A stretch of DNA of 64,000 nt from an uncultured virus (IMG/VR IMGVR_UViG_3300025789_000022). Lineage: Duplodnaviria; Heunggongvirae; Uroviricota; Caudoviricetes. The DNA is taken from IMG/VR virus record IMGVR_UViG_3300025789_000022. The stretch is one strand, 5' to 3'. The translations under genes and the position numbers were made by a program. The notes beneath the pieces are model-generated. The model searched no databases and was not told the DNA's origin. It saw only the letters and a program-made list of their open reading frames with translations. This document shows, piece by piece, positions 12,001 through 20,100 of the stretch; the stretch's first letter is position 1, and every line of letters begins with the position of its first letter.

Positions 12001-13265
12001 ATATCATTAACATTAAGAACGCTTTTTGGGTCTGGATCAATAAGTCTGATTTGACCATAAATGTTTGGGTTATTTTGATCTACATAATAAAGTGTGTCAA
12101 GTAACGCACTGATAGTAGGAAACTGTTGAAAGTAACCACTACTATTTTTATAACAGAATGTATGACCATACTGTTGACCTTGGGTAACAAAAGTTTTGTA
12201 ATTGTTTGGCCAAGTGGTAATAAAAGTTAACTTCATAGTACGGTCTGGCTGAACATTAACTTGCCAGATACCGCTACGTTGTGCAAGTGCTACGCCATCC
12301 CATGTGTCATCAAATGGAACATTGATATAGATATACTTGCCGTCAAATGCACGAACACCATCAAACCCATTGGTTTGAATAAATGTATCATAGTTTACGC
12401 CTTGTATTTGATTATAAGGCACATCTACAATCATGTCAATGTTTTGTATGGCAGGCAGATTAATTAACTGATCCTGCGCAGTTTTTTGTGGCACGTTAAA
12501 CGTAACTGTACCGAAATCGTTGCCATTATTAACAACACCTAGCACATCACGAGTTGAAATATTGTTTTGAATGCTACTTGTACCACTTGTTCCAATTTCT
12601 GTTTGAATCCAGAATGGAAATCCAAGTTGACCAAGATGAAAGTTATAATGACCACCACGAACAAGCGTAAGTGTTGGGTTAACCGCATTTGAATAACCTT
12701 CAATGGTATAACCACTTCGACCGATAGCAGCACTTTGTTGCTCAGTTTGATTATTTGCGGTATAACTTACACGAGTAACATAATAATCATTTTGAATGGC
12801 GGTGCCGCCTGCAGTGACATCTACACTTAGTGGACCATTTGGAACCCAGTAGTATTGACGATAGTTTGTAAGTTTATCTAAGTCAACAAAGCCATTATAG
12901 TTATAATAACGATTTGTAAACATGCGTTGATGATTATTATTAATACCACCATCACTTACTACTTGGTTAAGCAAATCAGGATAGTTATAAACATTGTCAA
13001 TCTTATAGGTATTACTATTAACCGCACGTTTCTTAATAACAACGCCAGGTTCTAACTGATAAAACTGTGCATAAGGATCATTTTCAGTGATATAATAATC
13101 TTTGCTATTAAACACACTGCTTTGATCTTGTTGACCAATATAACCATATACTTTTTTAAGTGCTGGTTCTTGAATCAATTGGTCTAGTGTGGCATTTAAA
13201 AAACGATTATTACTACTTGTTTGAAAAACCTGTGGTAAAAACTTACTACTCTTACGCTTTGCCAT
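1..13265 (-). CDS. Giant virion structural protein, probably baseplate wedge/fibre network (>4,400 aa, truncated at window edge)
   Basis: ATG at 13265 (MAKRKSSKFLPQVFQTSSNNRFLNATLDQLIQEP...) lies 4 nt after the gp6-like stop. The same frame reads sensibly wherever sampled down to position 3. Its absence from the ORF track fits having no in-window stop. It contains FG-GAP-like blades and CBM5/12-like motifs. Confidence 0.85.
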   Translation of the reverse strand, partial: MAKRKSSKFLPQVFQTSSNNRFLNATLDQLIQEPALKKVYGYIGQQDQSSVFNSKDYYITENDPYAQFYQLEPGVVIKKRAVNSNTYKIDNVYNYPDLLNQVVSDGGINNNHQRMFTNRYYNYNGFVDLDKLTNYRQYYWVPNGPLSVDVTAGGTAIQNDYYVTRVSYTANNQTEQQSAAIGRSGYTIEGYSNAVNPTLTLVRGGHYNFHLGQLGFPFWIQTEIGTSGTSSIQNNISTRDVLGVVNNGNDFGTVTFNVPQKTAQDQLINLPAIQNIDMIVDVPYNQIQGVNYDTFIQTNGFDGVRAFDGKYIYINVPFDDTWDGVALAQRSGIWQVNVQPDRTMKLTFITTWPNNYKTFVTQGQQYGHTFCYKNSSGYFQQFPTISALLDTLYYVDQNNPNIYGQIRLIDPDPKSVLNVNDIIGRDHYTSPNGVQFTSGLKVKFIGLVTPGGYYGNEYIVEGVGNAIRLVKFADLVTPETINAASGGFFGNGEGYDAGGYDGNTNNPTQKDYITINRSSIDGNSWSRNNRWFHRDVLQYAANVTNQTFEFDANYQAKRPIVEFLPDFKLYSHGTSYAGPVTVVDSTITNAFAQVEGFNNYALQNNGVFITDGIQLQNGFTVLFKNDANPTVRNTIYQVQTVKTRATAVYNVITYAYSSDGTSQLYINDTTNLRIGQAVAGIVLNNSYIYGSNPYNNSTVYNTGDYVTFKNNTYRATAIQGSIATTATFTASSNNITVASATGITIGQPINVLDTYVPFGTVVTNVSGTTVTLSNNASSSGSAVNVAFTIVDTSVVPTTATLTNNSNTITVASTFGIVTGQAVFETNIPTGNSSRIPVGTIVKNINTDTNTITLSNAVTGDGTGVTVSFNTFGISPPNNTRWSLISDSNPFYPNTTITKIDSSNNIVYISSKLKNVIPSGTYIQFNNTADQINLIPYKTVQNGEAIVALDGINNQGNMFYYVDGVWNTAQIRNSRPQFPLFDIVDSNGFLLGDTASYPSSNFKGSQLFGYTIGNGARDSELGFSLKYQSIGNLGDIVFSNYYVSDTFNYNLNQIDTVVNINSGYAPFIVGWNNYTFANGWTEVSDKSKQHITKTFTATAVSFNNFDLNVVYNNSYYERNLFVSINGVLQSSGTYNITTNATTTILNLSNNLNEGDRLFVKINGISSVYKQLYTMPRNLTNNSENTEFATITLGQVRNHLIEIGNNSLDLIGPPAGSNNFRDIKYNNVGGKLLQHSASMRPAALLFSNPDVDPVRAINFASQSYQNFKNQLLDAINTKQFGNTGDYRACLDTILADFNLTANSANNFYYSDMIAGGNNYVKNTYTIQDTTYRNFNLTTNFSTKPTSYIAALVYLNGVLLVNGFDYTITNFTVSLSSSLTIARLDTLDVYEYSSTLGCNVPPTPSKLGLYPKFKPQITVDNTYASGPQTVVVGHDGSYNVAYGDYRDNILLEYEKRVYNNIAVEYQNNSDYDLISVQPGAFRKTDYSFAEWTQLLSSSFLTWSTQNNVDIFTNSTTSNNLFSFNYSSGTDKIFGDTVPGYWRGIYNYFYDTDRPHTAPWEMIGFTSEPVWWQNKYGPGPYSNQNTTMWSDLELGLVYNGAPNKSYINYRYSRPGLSRIIPTDEHGNLLPPNLTVLRSFDANAAAGAWRVGDQSPAETTWRRSSAYPFATQVAWCLARPAEYCALKYNTHDVVYNSNLNQIINTVSNNRVFNYAVTGADQYIPGLNVFIRELLISNNLDTQRNWIDVANNSTFNLVYKLSGYTDKSYITVVADQVSPQSTNTSVLIPQENYQIKVTKSAPVARAVYSAVVVQKTNTGYQVSGFDKERPYFLAIPSVINSNNYGISAGNSTAIVYRDAQNSIISFAYGTIFATEQQVVDFLISYGRYLTNSGFVFDTTLADNATISDWSLAAKEFLFWNQQQWGDNTVISLTPAGTNITFSSPYGIVDTISNDHNLTKIINSDGAVLTGRDYRVYRSDNTFTVELKDTQKGIHLIDLIVVQYEHSIVFDNSTVFNDILYDEQVGSRQYRLRLDGTKTQGWNGSFYAPGFLINYSDIDIWYSYTDYYTGDIVLFKNKYYAAQNFIPGKPKFVATDWYEINGNLLSKQLIPNMASGAAQFTNFYNPDEADLNTSADIQSKHATGFQDRQYLTDLGLDRTTQYKFYLGMIAQKGTQAVVNAFLRNKQSRIDSDITLVEQWALKLGNYGGTSNVDKLEFNIGNSTAINNQYLFEFISKNDARNTTYNSVKPQDLLLAPNTYRTDLFAKTENINTLIPYAGPVSTNDVALTTYDISKIYNISNLNGVLGESSKIWIAADSSNQWGVYRLTQTSTAYVTNVNQTSPTELTFTTNVAHGFAVLDYVMLKGARLSNVGGSNISDLSGFYRVSRVGGNVFSVKVTNNTSVSSGVLKAQVFKLVNVRYSTVRDFGAYTPARGWSNGEIIYIDNGPSGYQVLQNTPNYPLYETKSPVFTTNTDNFGTSIKINKNQNVAIVGASSKNTTGEVFVYGKNQQNVWQEVASLSPDSRIRSFGSSVDINNNNIAAIAATGGNYGSIYIATANSQSIAVTQIIHYDNAVVQSAGFTQSNAYVLVPNATSLSNFAAGMGIGGGGIPSGTKIANIGTGPQFNYFGLTTNLAVASVTLAANSSIAIYSNLTPGSKFATSMSMSTDGNWLYVGEPVNNQVFVYQYANVAASSTTRVGDGSSKTFTYPATALGQGLRSQDIKVYVNGVIQVPELDYYRDPGNDNVAFYTAPASGAAINLVYEPYFRQVNRIITTDTQASGFGFSVNTNSDGRIVAIGAPNSTITNSNVTNSGLTYIYERTIENLVASGTVNNFQLSNAFANSAALTTPYLTAFPIASVDGIIDTAASFNYATNQVTLSSYPQIDTTVSVQTNQFALIANLKTDTVKVDSNYGETVRISANNSEVYVGAPGWNSGSRGNGSVWKHVNVAKKYGSVTGTVANFIVAANSSIRINDYLVTFGQTFRPPYDPIYFDSNVYQVASTINAAAIPGITAVSNNDGTITINSDAQVAHSNLHLRDEYGSVLETMGIAQWQLAQTIYAPLAQDTLRFGERLSLNPDSTSLVIGSTLSNNKITTTFDAALTRFDGRGVRFIDTIYRSGAAHLYEYVPSATESVNDSGTFVYGTILTHNTASSLERFASGVDISSNFIMVGAPTANILNNPTGAMYVYYNKNANPIWQTIRSQPQDFDSRLIERAYIYNSTTSKLIADLPIVDLQHGYLPNSSETYLDYIINYDPAVYSNVPSTVSFSYDRKNNWGSEHVGKLWWDTNSIKYYDNTQGSTLDRFNFWGLAFPASSVVVYEWVESDVVPKDYATTHPLTPPLYTVNDVYSTRVIVDPSTGYAVTKYYFWVRNSTNNNNNRPSALEIQNTIAFPRNSAAPFVAVMSTGAFALYNAQSLIANDTNIVIEYKNTIKPQLIHSEWTLFDDGTDLGIAVEFLNKLNDSLRGQDSTGRQVPDVKLPIAQRYGTAIRPRQSVFSDATTAKKLFIEQVNNFCTINPIKLVRKQTIEALNIAEAEPLSDSYVTRVQNTTELGYLDTNVYSIGDSVLVAQGISTLGGWGLYRLVNSTTNVRSWQVYRVQTYDVNAYWSYGDWYSSKFNANILPKYTLTSESDITKLSLLVGDIIYIINSTDGGWKWVLVNANGLELLAQQNATIQFSAKLYDINSSGFGWQTSSFENVAYAADSAIEFGYIFDIIKDKLMVSEYRSDYKTLVKLMIDTISTQHLQTDWLMKTSFVDIYHRVRGLDPLPVYLPQPETIVTSFFSEVKPFHTKLKQYVAKYDNSNAIEIAHTNTTDFDLQPYYSTTSGKYRSPQLNNVLDTTALTTQAVYQPWVANHLYGVERVDIVNGGAGYGGTTTVEILGDGNGATATPIIISGMISSVVVTNSGKNYTNASAVVHGLGTGAIIIPIIGNGLPRTFDTHIKFDRYTYSNSIADWAANTHYAVNTVVVYNHEPYKTVTDHTSGSTFDFTKFILLVVKVWYPQTQYALNDIVIYNKVSYIATVDFTSGAIFDSNNLASYSGAWLDNAADRVWAYYSPKSGMAGRDLAQVMLGMEYGGVGVKGPDFNQTPGYDVLNYDKIAYDLSTSDTANVIDVYGPQTEDTYIRSDFLDSGLGLRPQDINVDGGQFVDVYSSHAPEELIPGRIFDTLDIRVKTLPLGSNSMDIKVFTAPSNSGNFIDYAVATTGVSFPIGGIEKFVVLDKVKGPLAEGVDYSVDWLQENINLNYTVSPNTFFYVIMFGSNGINPITDTSFFADGVRTDFELDDNVLTDVQQAYVKVNGFAVSNWTLVNKLENGRNVLAVRFDTAPNNLDYIQIHLYALALGHRAYQELYEQTFFTSSSTVYPADYTFTLSNPEIYAEPISAYSIVKLNGNGLIPPQQTYFVGDGITTVYSMTNSYVKPISAITNGEITVI

Positions 13266-13269
13266 ACTA

Positions 13270-16200
13270 TTAGTATCCTACTGAACTTTGACCAATGCCA
13301 GCCGCATTAATACCGGCTAACACGCCTTGTACAATTTGTACATTATCAACGGTAGCCGCACTTAAAAATATCTCATTTGGTTGGCAACGAATTTCATATA
13401 GGCTACCAAAGGTTGCAGTAGTATCTACTGGAACCAGAACAATACTACTAATATATCCACTCAGTTGCTGATGCAAGTAAGAAGATAGTTCACTAAAATA
13501 AAATGTATCACCGAAGTCCCAATTATCTAACACGAAATAAGCATTGATAGCATCTACCACACGGCTTTTAATTTCAGTATCACTTAGGGTAGTGCTTGGA
13601 CTTTTAATAACTTGGAAGTTAGCACGTAAACTACTTACTGCCTTTGCTCCAAATAGCAACTTATAAACGCCAGCATTTAAGATCATTTCATCGCTTATCA
13701 TCTTGTATGTAAACAAATTGCTGTAACTGTTATTAAGAGTTACGCTGTCTAAGTCTGCTGGTTTTTGTACTGTATTAGTGTTATCTAACACATAGTTGCG
13801 ATAACTTTCATCATAACTGCGTGTAAGAATATAGGTGTCAATCAGATTTGTAGCAGCAGGATCAATACGGCGAGTATTCTCGGCATTGTGCTGATATTCA
13901 AATATTAAATTTTGACGACCATAATAGTTAAGATAATTGGTGCTTACATCCACAACTGTTGCTACGCCGTTAATACTTTGAATTTGATAAAATGCATTAT
14001 CGTTAACACAAAAGAATAAACTATTAGTTGGGAAATTATTACGAACCGCATTTAACGCAATCTTAGTAGGATATAGGGTGCTTATTCCACCAGTTGGAAC
14101 CAAAGCATAACGCACTAAATTATCGCTATCAATATATTTCTTATAGAAAATAGTAGTAGCGGTTGTATTAACTTCACTGAAAATTAACGGGTCAGTTGGC
14201 AATCCACTCGTGCTACTAACAGGGTAAGTTACTAGCACACGAGTGCTGTCAGTATATCCGTCACTTAGCACAACATTCTTATAAATGTTTAAGTTAGTAT
14301 CATTTGCAATGCCATTTATGTTTAGTACACGAACATTGTCTTTAACCAAACTGTTGGTAGCAGCATCATACACAGCATTTGGATTGCTATTGATGAAACT
14401 TACCTGAGTACTGCTGCCGAACACATAATTTAATTGACGATAAGTTACTGTATATTTTACACCATCGGTATTAAACTTCAACAACCAACTGCTATCACTG
14501 TTAGTGTATTGGCTTGCTAGATTAAAATTACCAGTATTGTCAACTTTAGAAATATCAATCTTTACCCATGGGTCATTTACACCAGAGGTTTGTGTATAAT
14601 CATAAACTAGTGCAAACTCAGTTTTGTTTAGAATATAACCTACCATACTATTGATAGTGTTATATTGAAATACTGTTGCTAATTCTGCATAGGCTTCGGT
14701 TATAATAGCATTACTCGGAATGTTTTCACTTAAGGTAACTGCACCAATATTACGACCAGCAACAAGTACGGTACTTGCACCAGTGCCACTAACACTTTGA
14801 ATACTTGCCCAAATAACAGTACGGTCAGTAGATATCTGTGGAGTTCCAGTAATAAGAGTATTGGTTGCATCAAAGTACTGACCACTTGGTGCGCTAAATT
14901 TAATTAACGTTCCTACACGCAGATATTTTCTGCTATCAGTTTGACTGTTACCAATTTGAACTGGAGTTTTGGTAGTATCTGCTGTGTTTAAAAAGAAACC
15001 TGTGCAAGTAGTAGTATCATTTGTGCTGCGAGACCAAATAGTAGGATTGATCGCATTTATTTTAATAGTAGGAAAATTTTCATAATAAAAATGGCGTAAT
15101 GGATAATCAGCCAAAATTGGCTGAATAATATTATTAATTACATTGATAATATCATTTCGGCTGTTATATGTAAAATCAAAAGTCTGTGTGAATGTATCTT
15201 TATAAAATACACCATCCTTTGCATAAAGATCAGTAGAGGTATACTTTCCAGTTGGATCAGTAATATCTAAACCACGAGACACGCCGCTTGCAAAACGATT
15301 GACACTCTTTACCTTAACAATATCGCTGAAACTTGTGTAAGGGAAAATATTATAATCTTCGCCATTTACCATACGATTTTGTGTGTAATAAGCCTGTGGT
15401 GCTTTCTGCTTAATTTCGTTTGTAAGATCACGACGTGAACTATTGCTTACTGTGTATTGCAGTGAGCAGTTTAATGTTAGTGTTTCGGTTTGACCATTCT
15501 TATTAATATAAGGAATTGCCACACTGATATTAGCCATATCACTAGGTGAAATACGATAGGTTAAACCATTGGCTACACGATAATAAGCACGATAATTGCC
15601 AAGTGGAATCTCGGCAAAACTATCATCACCAAATATCAAATCAATCTGGTCATTAATACGTGTGTTAACACTATAAAGAGTGCGAATACCACGAGCAGTA
15701 CTATTATAGATAGCATTGCTACCACTGGTGCTTGCTACCTGTGTCCATTGTGTTCCAATTGTGCCATTGGCAATTTCATACATCCACACATCATTATTGT
15801 TAACATTTTCACTGTTTATAGAGAAAATACGATTGGCTACTTTGTCGGTGAGCGTGAAATCAATAGAATTTAACACACCTTGCTTAAAGAATAAGAAAAA
15901 TCCAGTATTTGCACTGCTGTTGCCACGACTATCATTCTGATAAATTAATCCAAACTGACCACGTGTACCAGGATCATACTCGCTAATAGTATCAGTAGTT
16001 AAAATATTTGCACTTACAATTTCAAAGTTAGTGTTTACTGAACCAACATTACTGCTGAAACCAAAGATAGGTAAAATAGTATTTGGAACAGATAGATTAT
16101 ACTGCTCAGTACGAATACCATTAATTGTTTTACTAGCATAAGGCTTACCAATCTTCTGACTGCTGTTTATTGCAGCATTCATAATCTGAGAAAATTGAGT

Positions 16201-16659
16201 TACCCAATTAGCATTATTGGCATCATTCCATGCAATAGCAGTTCTAGCAAGATTGTTACCATTAATATCAATAATACTTTCTGTAGTAGTTACAGAGTTT
16301 ACTTTTAAGAAACCACTGGCACTGCGATTACGATTTGGAACATAATTTAATTGTTTTACTAGTTTCAGGACGCTATCACGGCGTTCTGCAGTTTCCAAGA
16401 AGTTTTCACGAGCATTTAAATCTGTGCGGAATGCTACGCTTTGTGCAGTAAATGCAATAAGATCAAGTAACGCAACATATTCACTGCTTTCAATAAAGTC
16501 ATTGAAGTCTTCTGCGTAGTATGTTTTAACATAATCAACCATAACCTTGCGTAGTGTCTCAAAGTCATAACTTTGAAAATCAGCATTGGAGAAAGTTGTA
16601 TAAATCTTCTTCCAATCTTCGGTAGCAAATATATTGGTTTGACGTGTATTAGTTGCCAT
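13270..16659 (-). CDS. gp6: Baseplate wedge protein, T4 gp6-like (1129 aa)
   Basis: N-terminal 'DFETLRK...DFNDFIESSE...LLDLIAF...ARENFLETAERRDSVLKL' and 'QNRMVNGEDY' motifs; adjacent to the gp25-like gene. Confidence 0.85.
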   Translation of the reverse strand: MATNTRQTNIFATEDWKKIYTTFSNADFQSYDFETLRKVMVDYVKTYYAEDFNDFIESSEYVALLDLIAFTAQSVAFRTDLNARENFLETAERRDSVLKLVKQLNYVPNRNRSASGFLKVNSVTTTESIIDINGNNLARTAIAWNDANNANWVTQFSQIMNAAINSSQKIGKPYASKTINGIRTEQYNLSVPNTILPIFGFSSNVGSVNTNFEIVSANILTTDTISEYDPGTRGQFGLIYQNDSRGNSSANTGFFLFFKQGVLNSIDFTLTDKVANRIFSINSENVNNNDVWMYEIANGTIGTQWTQVASTSGSNAIYNSTARGIRTLYSVNTRINDQIDLIFGDDSFAEIPLGNYRAYYRVANGLTYRISPSDMANISVAIPYINKNGQTETLTLNCSLQYTVSNSSRRDLTNEIKQKAPQAYYTQNRMVNGEDYNIFPYTSFSDIVKVKSVNRFASGVSRGLDITDPTGKYTSTDLYAKDGVFYKDTFTQTFDFTYNSRNDIINVINNIIQPILADYPLRHFYYENFPTIKINAINPTIWSRSTNDTTTCTGFFLNTADTTKTPVQIGNSQTDSRKYLRVGTLIKFSAPSGQYFDATNTLITGTPQISTDRTVIWASIQSVSGTGASTVLVAGRNIGAVTLSENIPSNAIITEAYAELATVFQYNTINSMVGYILNKTEFALVYDYTQTSGVNDPWVKIDISKVDNTGNFNLASQYTNSDSSWLLKFNTDGVKYTVTYRQLNYVFGSSTQVSFINSNPNAVYDAATNSLVKDNVRVLNINGIANDTNLNIYKNVVLSDGYTDSTRVLVTYPVSSTSGLPTDPLIFSEVNTTATTIFYKKYIDSDNLVRYALVPTGGISTLYPTKIALNAVRNNFPTNSLFFCVNDNAFYQIQSINGVATVVDVSTNYLNYYGRQNLIFEYQHNAENTRRIDPAATNLIDTYILTRSYDESYRNYVLDNTNTVQKPADLDSVTLNNSYSNLFTYKMISDEMILNAGVYKLLFGAKAVSSLRANFQVIKSPSTTLSDTEIKSRVVDAINAYFVLDNWDFGDTFYFSELSSYLHQQLSGYISSIVLVPVDTTATFGSLYEIRCQPNEIFLSAATVDNVQIVQGVLAGINAAGIGQSSVGY

Positions 16660-16707
16660 TGGTACTCTCTATCACATATTATTTATTTGAAAAATTAACT
16701 GCGCATA

Positions 16708-17094
16708 TTAAAGCACATACAGTTTTTGACTGGTGTTATCAAATAGAACATTAAGTGCCGCAAGTTTGTTATCAGTGGCAAAACGTAGTTGAAAATTTAA
16801 TACCAAACCACGACCATCAGGACTTTCTTGTACAATAGTTTGGCTTACCACATTAAAACGTGGGTCATAGGCAATAATACGGTCAATATCTTGTTTAATC
16901 TCTGCTTTTAATGCAGGCGTTAGTGGGTCAAACAATCGGTTCCAAATAATGCAACCAAAGTTTGGGTTATGTAATTTTTCACCTTTACGAATTTGTAAAT
17001 GATTCAACAAATCTTGAACGATGAGATCATTATCAGTGATCCCAAATGGTCCAAATGTTCTATTAACTGAGGAATAACCTTTATACAGTGCCAT
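16708..17094 (-). CDS. gp25: Baseplate wedge subunit, gp25/GPW family
   Basis: 'DLLNHLQIRKGEKLHNPNFGCIIWNRLFDPL...YDPR' matches the gp25 pattern. Confidence 0.9.
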   Translation of the reverse strand: MALYKGYSSVNRTFGPFGITDNDLIVQDLLNHLQIRKGEKLHNPNFGCIIWNRLFDPLTPALKAEIKQDIDRIIAYDPRFNVVSQTIVQESPDGRGLVLNFQLRFATDNKLAALNVLFDNTSQKLYVL

Positions 17095-17109
17095 ATTAAT
17101 ATTTACCCA

Positions 17110-20100
17110 TTAGCAACTACCAGCACTTGGACCAGTTGCAGCACTACCCTGTGGTGTATCACTGCCGCCTGTTGCGCCACCGCTGCCTGGTGCTGGTGTT
17201 GTTCCTGTTACTGGTGCAGGTTTTTCTATTGGCAAGTATGAGTTATCAGTTGTAGGCGGAGTAACCGATGCAGTTGGCGGCGGAGAATATGGATCACTAT
17301 AACCACCACCAAGTGTTCCTTCTCCAATACGAGGATCACCGACAGGATATACAGATGGTGAAGGATTGTAAGGAGTGTTTTGATTTACAATCAATGCCTG
17401 TGGTGGCGCATCTGGTGATTGTAGTCCTAAGTTAGGTGGCGGTGGATTCTGTGCCGAACCAGTGGTTCCAACGTCTGGTGTAGTATATACCACATCACGG
17501 CTTGGTATTCCACCATCATCATATGTTGCGCCAGCCTGATAACCGCCAACATTATTTGTTGCAACTGTATTTGGTGCTGGCGCTCTATAATCTGCAACTG
17601 AATCTGGAACAACAGTAGTAATCGACGGTGCTGATGAATTATAATCTTCGATTGATTTTAATCCTTCAGGAGTTATTGATGCAATATCACTTGGACTCTT
17701 GCCATCAGCCGTTAACTGAATAATTGTGCTTGGTTGAATAACAATACTATTACCAGCACTATCTTTACCAACATATACGGTTTGACCGCTATTTGCATAA
17801 GTTACTTGTTCTAAACCAGGTATTTGTGGATTTGAATTTTGATTTGAATAACCCGCATTACTATATGTTGTTACAGGTCCACCAGTTCCCGGCAATCCAC
17901 GCCCAAATTGACCGCTTGTATTATCTGCATTTGACGGATCACTCAAGTTAAGTGAAGCCAAATCTTGTTGTTGTTGCAACTGTTGTGTAGCACTGACAGT
18001 TCCTGTTGCATCACCTGGTTGTTTGTCAAGCAGTGGATTTGTGGCAATAATGGTATCACGTTGACTTTGGGCGGTTACAACACTATTATTTGCTGCGGCT
18101 GCATCATTTTGGAAAGCAGCAGTTCGTGGATCATTTGGTCCAAATGTTTGCAGCGCACTTGTATATTTGGCATTTGCAGCATCAGCATTGGCTTGTGCAA
18201 TGGCAACATTTGTTTGTGCAGCATCTACTTGTTGATTAGGTGTTGGACCAGGTGTGGCAATATCTGTAGTTTGTGCCTGTGTTCCAACATATTGCGCACG
18301 CAACTCAGCACGTTGTTGTGGATCAAGTGAGCCATAGTTGACATTCAAATCGGCTGGTCTTGAAATAGGTAGCGGAATCCTACCAGGACTTGCAGCATCT
18401 ACCTTAGAAGTAGCATCCACAAAAGTACCGCCGTTTGCTAATAGTTTTTCTGCATCCTGACGACTTGCAGCCTGATTAGGATCAACTTCGACAAAGCCAA
18501 AACTACCTTGCTGTCCGCTAGTTGGAGACTGTCCGTTACCACGAAGTGCATCGTTTAATATATTACCAACTGCATTACCAGCCGCTCCGATTGCACGATT
18601 GATCAGATTATTTTTTACATTATTTACAACATTACCAAGTAAACTACCACCACCATTTTGTAGTGTAGGACTATTTGGTGATACAAAGCCACTTGGTGTC
18701 GAACCATTGTTCCAAGGAGCATTTGGCGCAATATTCTGTGTAAATGCACTTGGAGATAAACCAATACTTTCTGCACAGCCTGTTACTACTTGGTCATAGG
18801 TATAAATTATTCTGCCTTGAATCTGACGGATAACCACTGTCACCCACGCAATTCTTGTTTGTGGATCAGCAAGATATACATAATCGGTTGGATTTATGCC
18901 ACTATTGTTCTGCACAAATCTAGCAAAACTCACAACAGTGTTTGATGTAAGACTGTTACTTTGTAAATAATTTGCAATCAACTGTATGGCAGTAATAGGT
19001 GTGGCAGTAGCATAACTGTCAAACAGTGATATCAGCGCAGCAATACCATCTTCTGGTTTGGTGTAAACTGCAAGACCATTTGCAAATCCAACCGCAAACT
19101 TATCATTAGCACTGTATTGCAAGTTGCCTGGATTGTTTTGTAACTCGCCCACGCTATAATTTTGATTAGTAAATTGTCCATTTACATTATTACCAATATC
19201 GATTGCACCACCATTACCATGTGTAATATTTTGTAATAGGCTTTGAGTTGCAAAGTTTGCAATAGTTGCTACTGGATTTGGTACCTGTGGAATGTATTGT
19301 GCAAATGCACTACTTTGACCACCCACACCACCTTGCATACCATTATTATAAGTGGTTGGTGGAACATTGTTTGTCATTGGACCATAGCCATAAGGAATAT
19401 CATTACTGCCATAGTTATTTGTGGCACCATATGGTCCACTACTTGTGCTTAGACCTTGTGCCACGCCGTAACTTGGTTGTGATTGTGGGTTTGCTACGCC
19501 GCCAGTAGTTGACGGCGCATTTTCAGTAGCACCATTGGTAAATGAATTTAGTGTTTGGTTAGGACCAGGTCCACCGCCCTTTGGAGTGCTGCGATTAAAT
19601 GGTTCATGAGTAGGCATATTCTTTGGAGGAGTTGCACCACCTGCTTCTTGTGCAGGCGTTACGCCAACAGTATTCAATGTAATACACAATGCACGAGCAT
19701 CAAGGTGTCCGTTACTCTTAAATTGTAAACAAGTATCGCCAGTAACATATGTGCTTTTACCTTTCAAGTGTAAACTCATTGCACCAGTTACTTTTGTACT
19801 GCCACTACCTTTTAAATTTAAATCTTTGCCTTCAATATTAACATTGGTATCACTTTTTATATTAATATCTTCTCTGGCATGCATACTAATGCCGCCTTCA
19901 GTTTCTAAATTGAAACCAGCCTTGGCAGTGATATTCATGGTACTTTGACCAAATACATTGATGTCACCTTGCGATGTCATTTCAATCCATGCTGTGCCTT
20001 TAGAATTGATAATATAAATGAAATCTTTGGTATCATTCATTGTTATCATATGTCCAGCAGCAGTTCTAAACCGCATCTGCGCATTGCTGCCTTTGTAATC

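Noticed and set aside
3048..12733. Many short ORFs in the track, including 10630-11112 (+, 160 aa)
   Set aside because: They are antisense or out-of-frame shadows of the giant minus-strand ORF, with no RBS or recognisable motifs.
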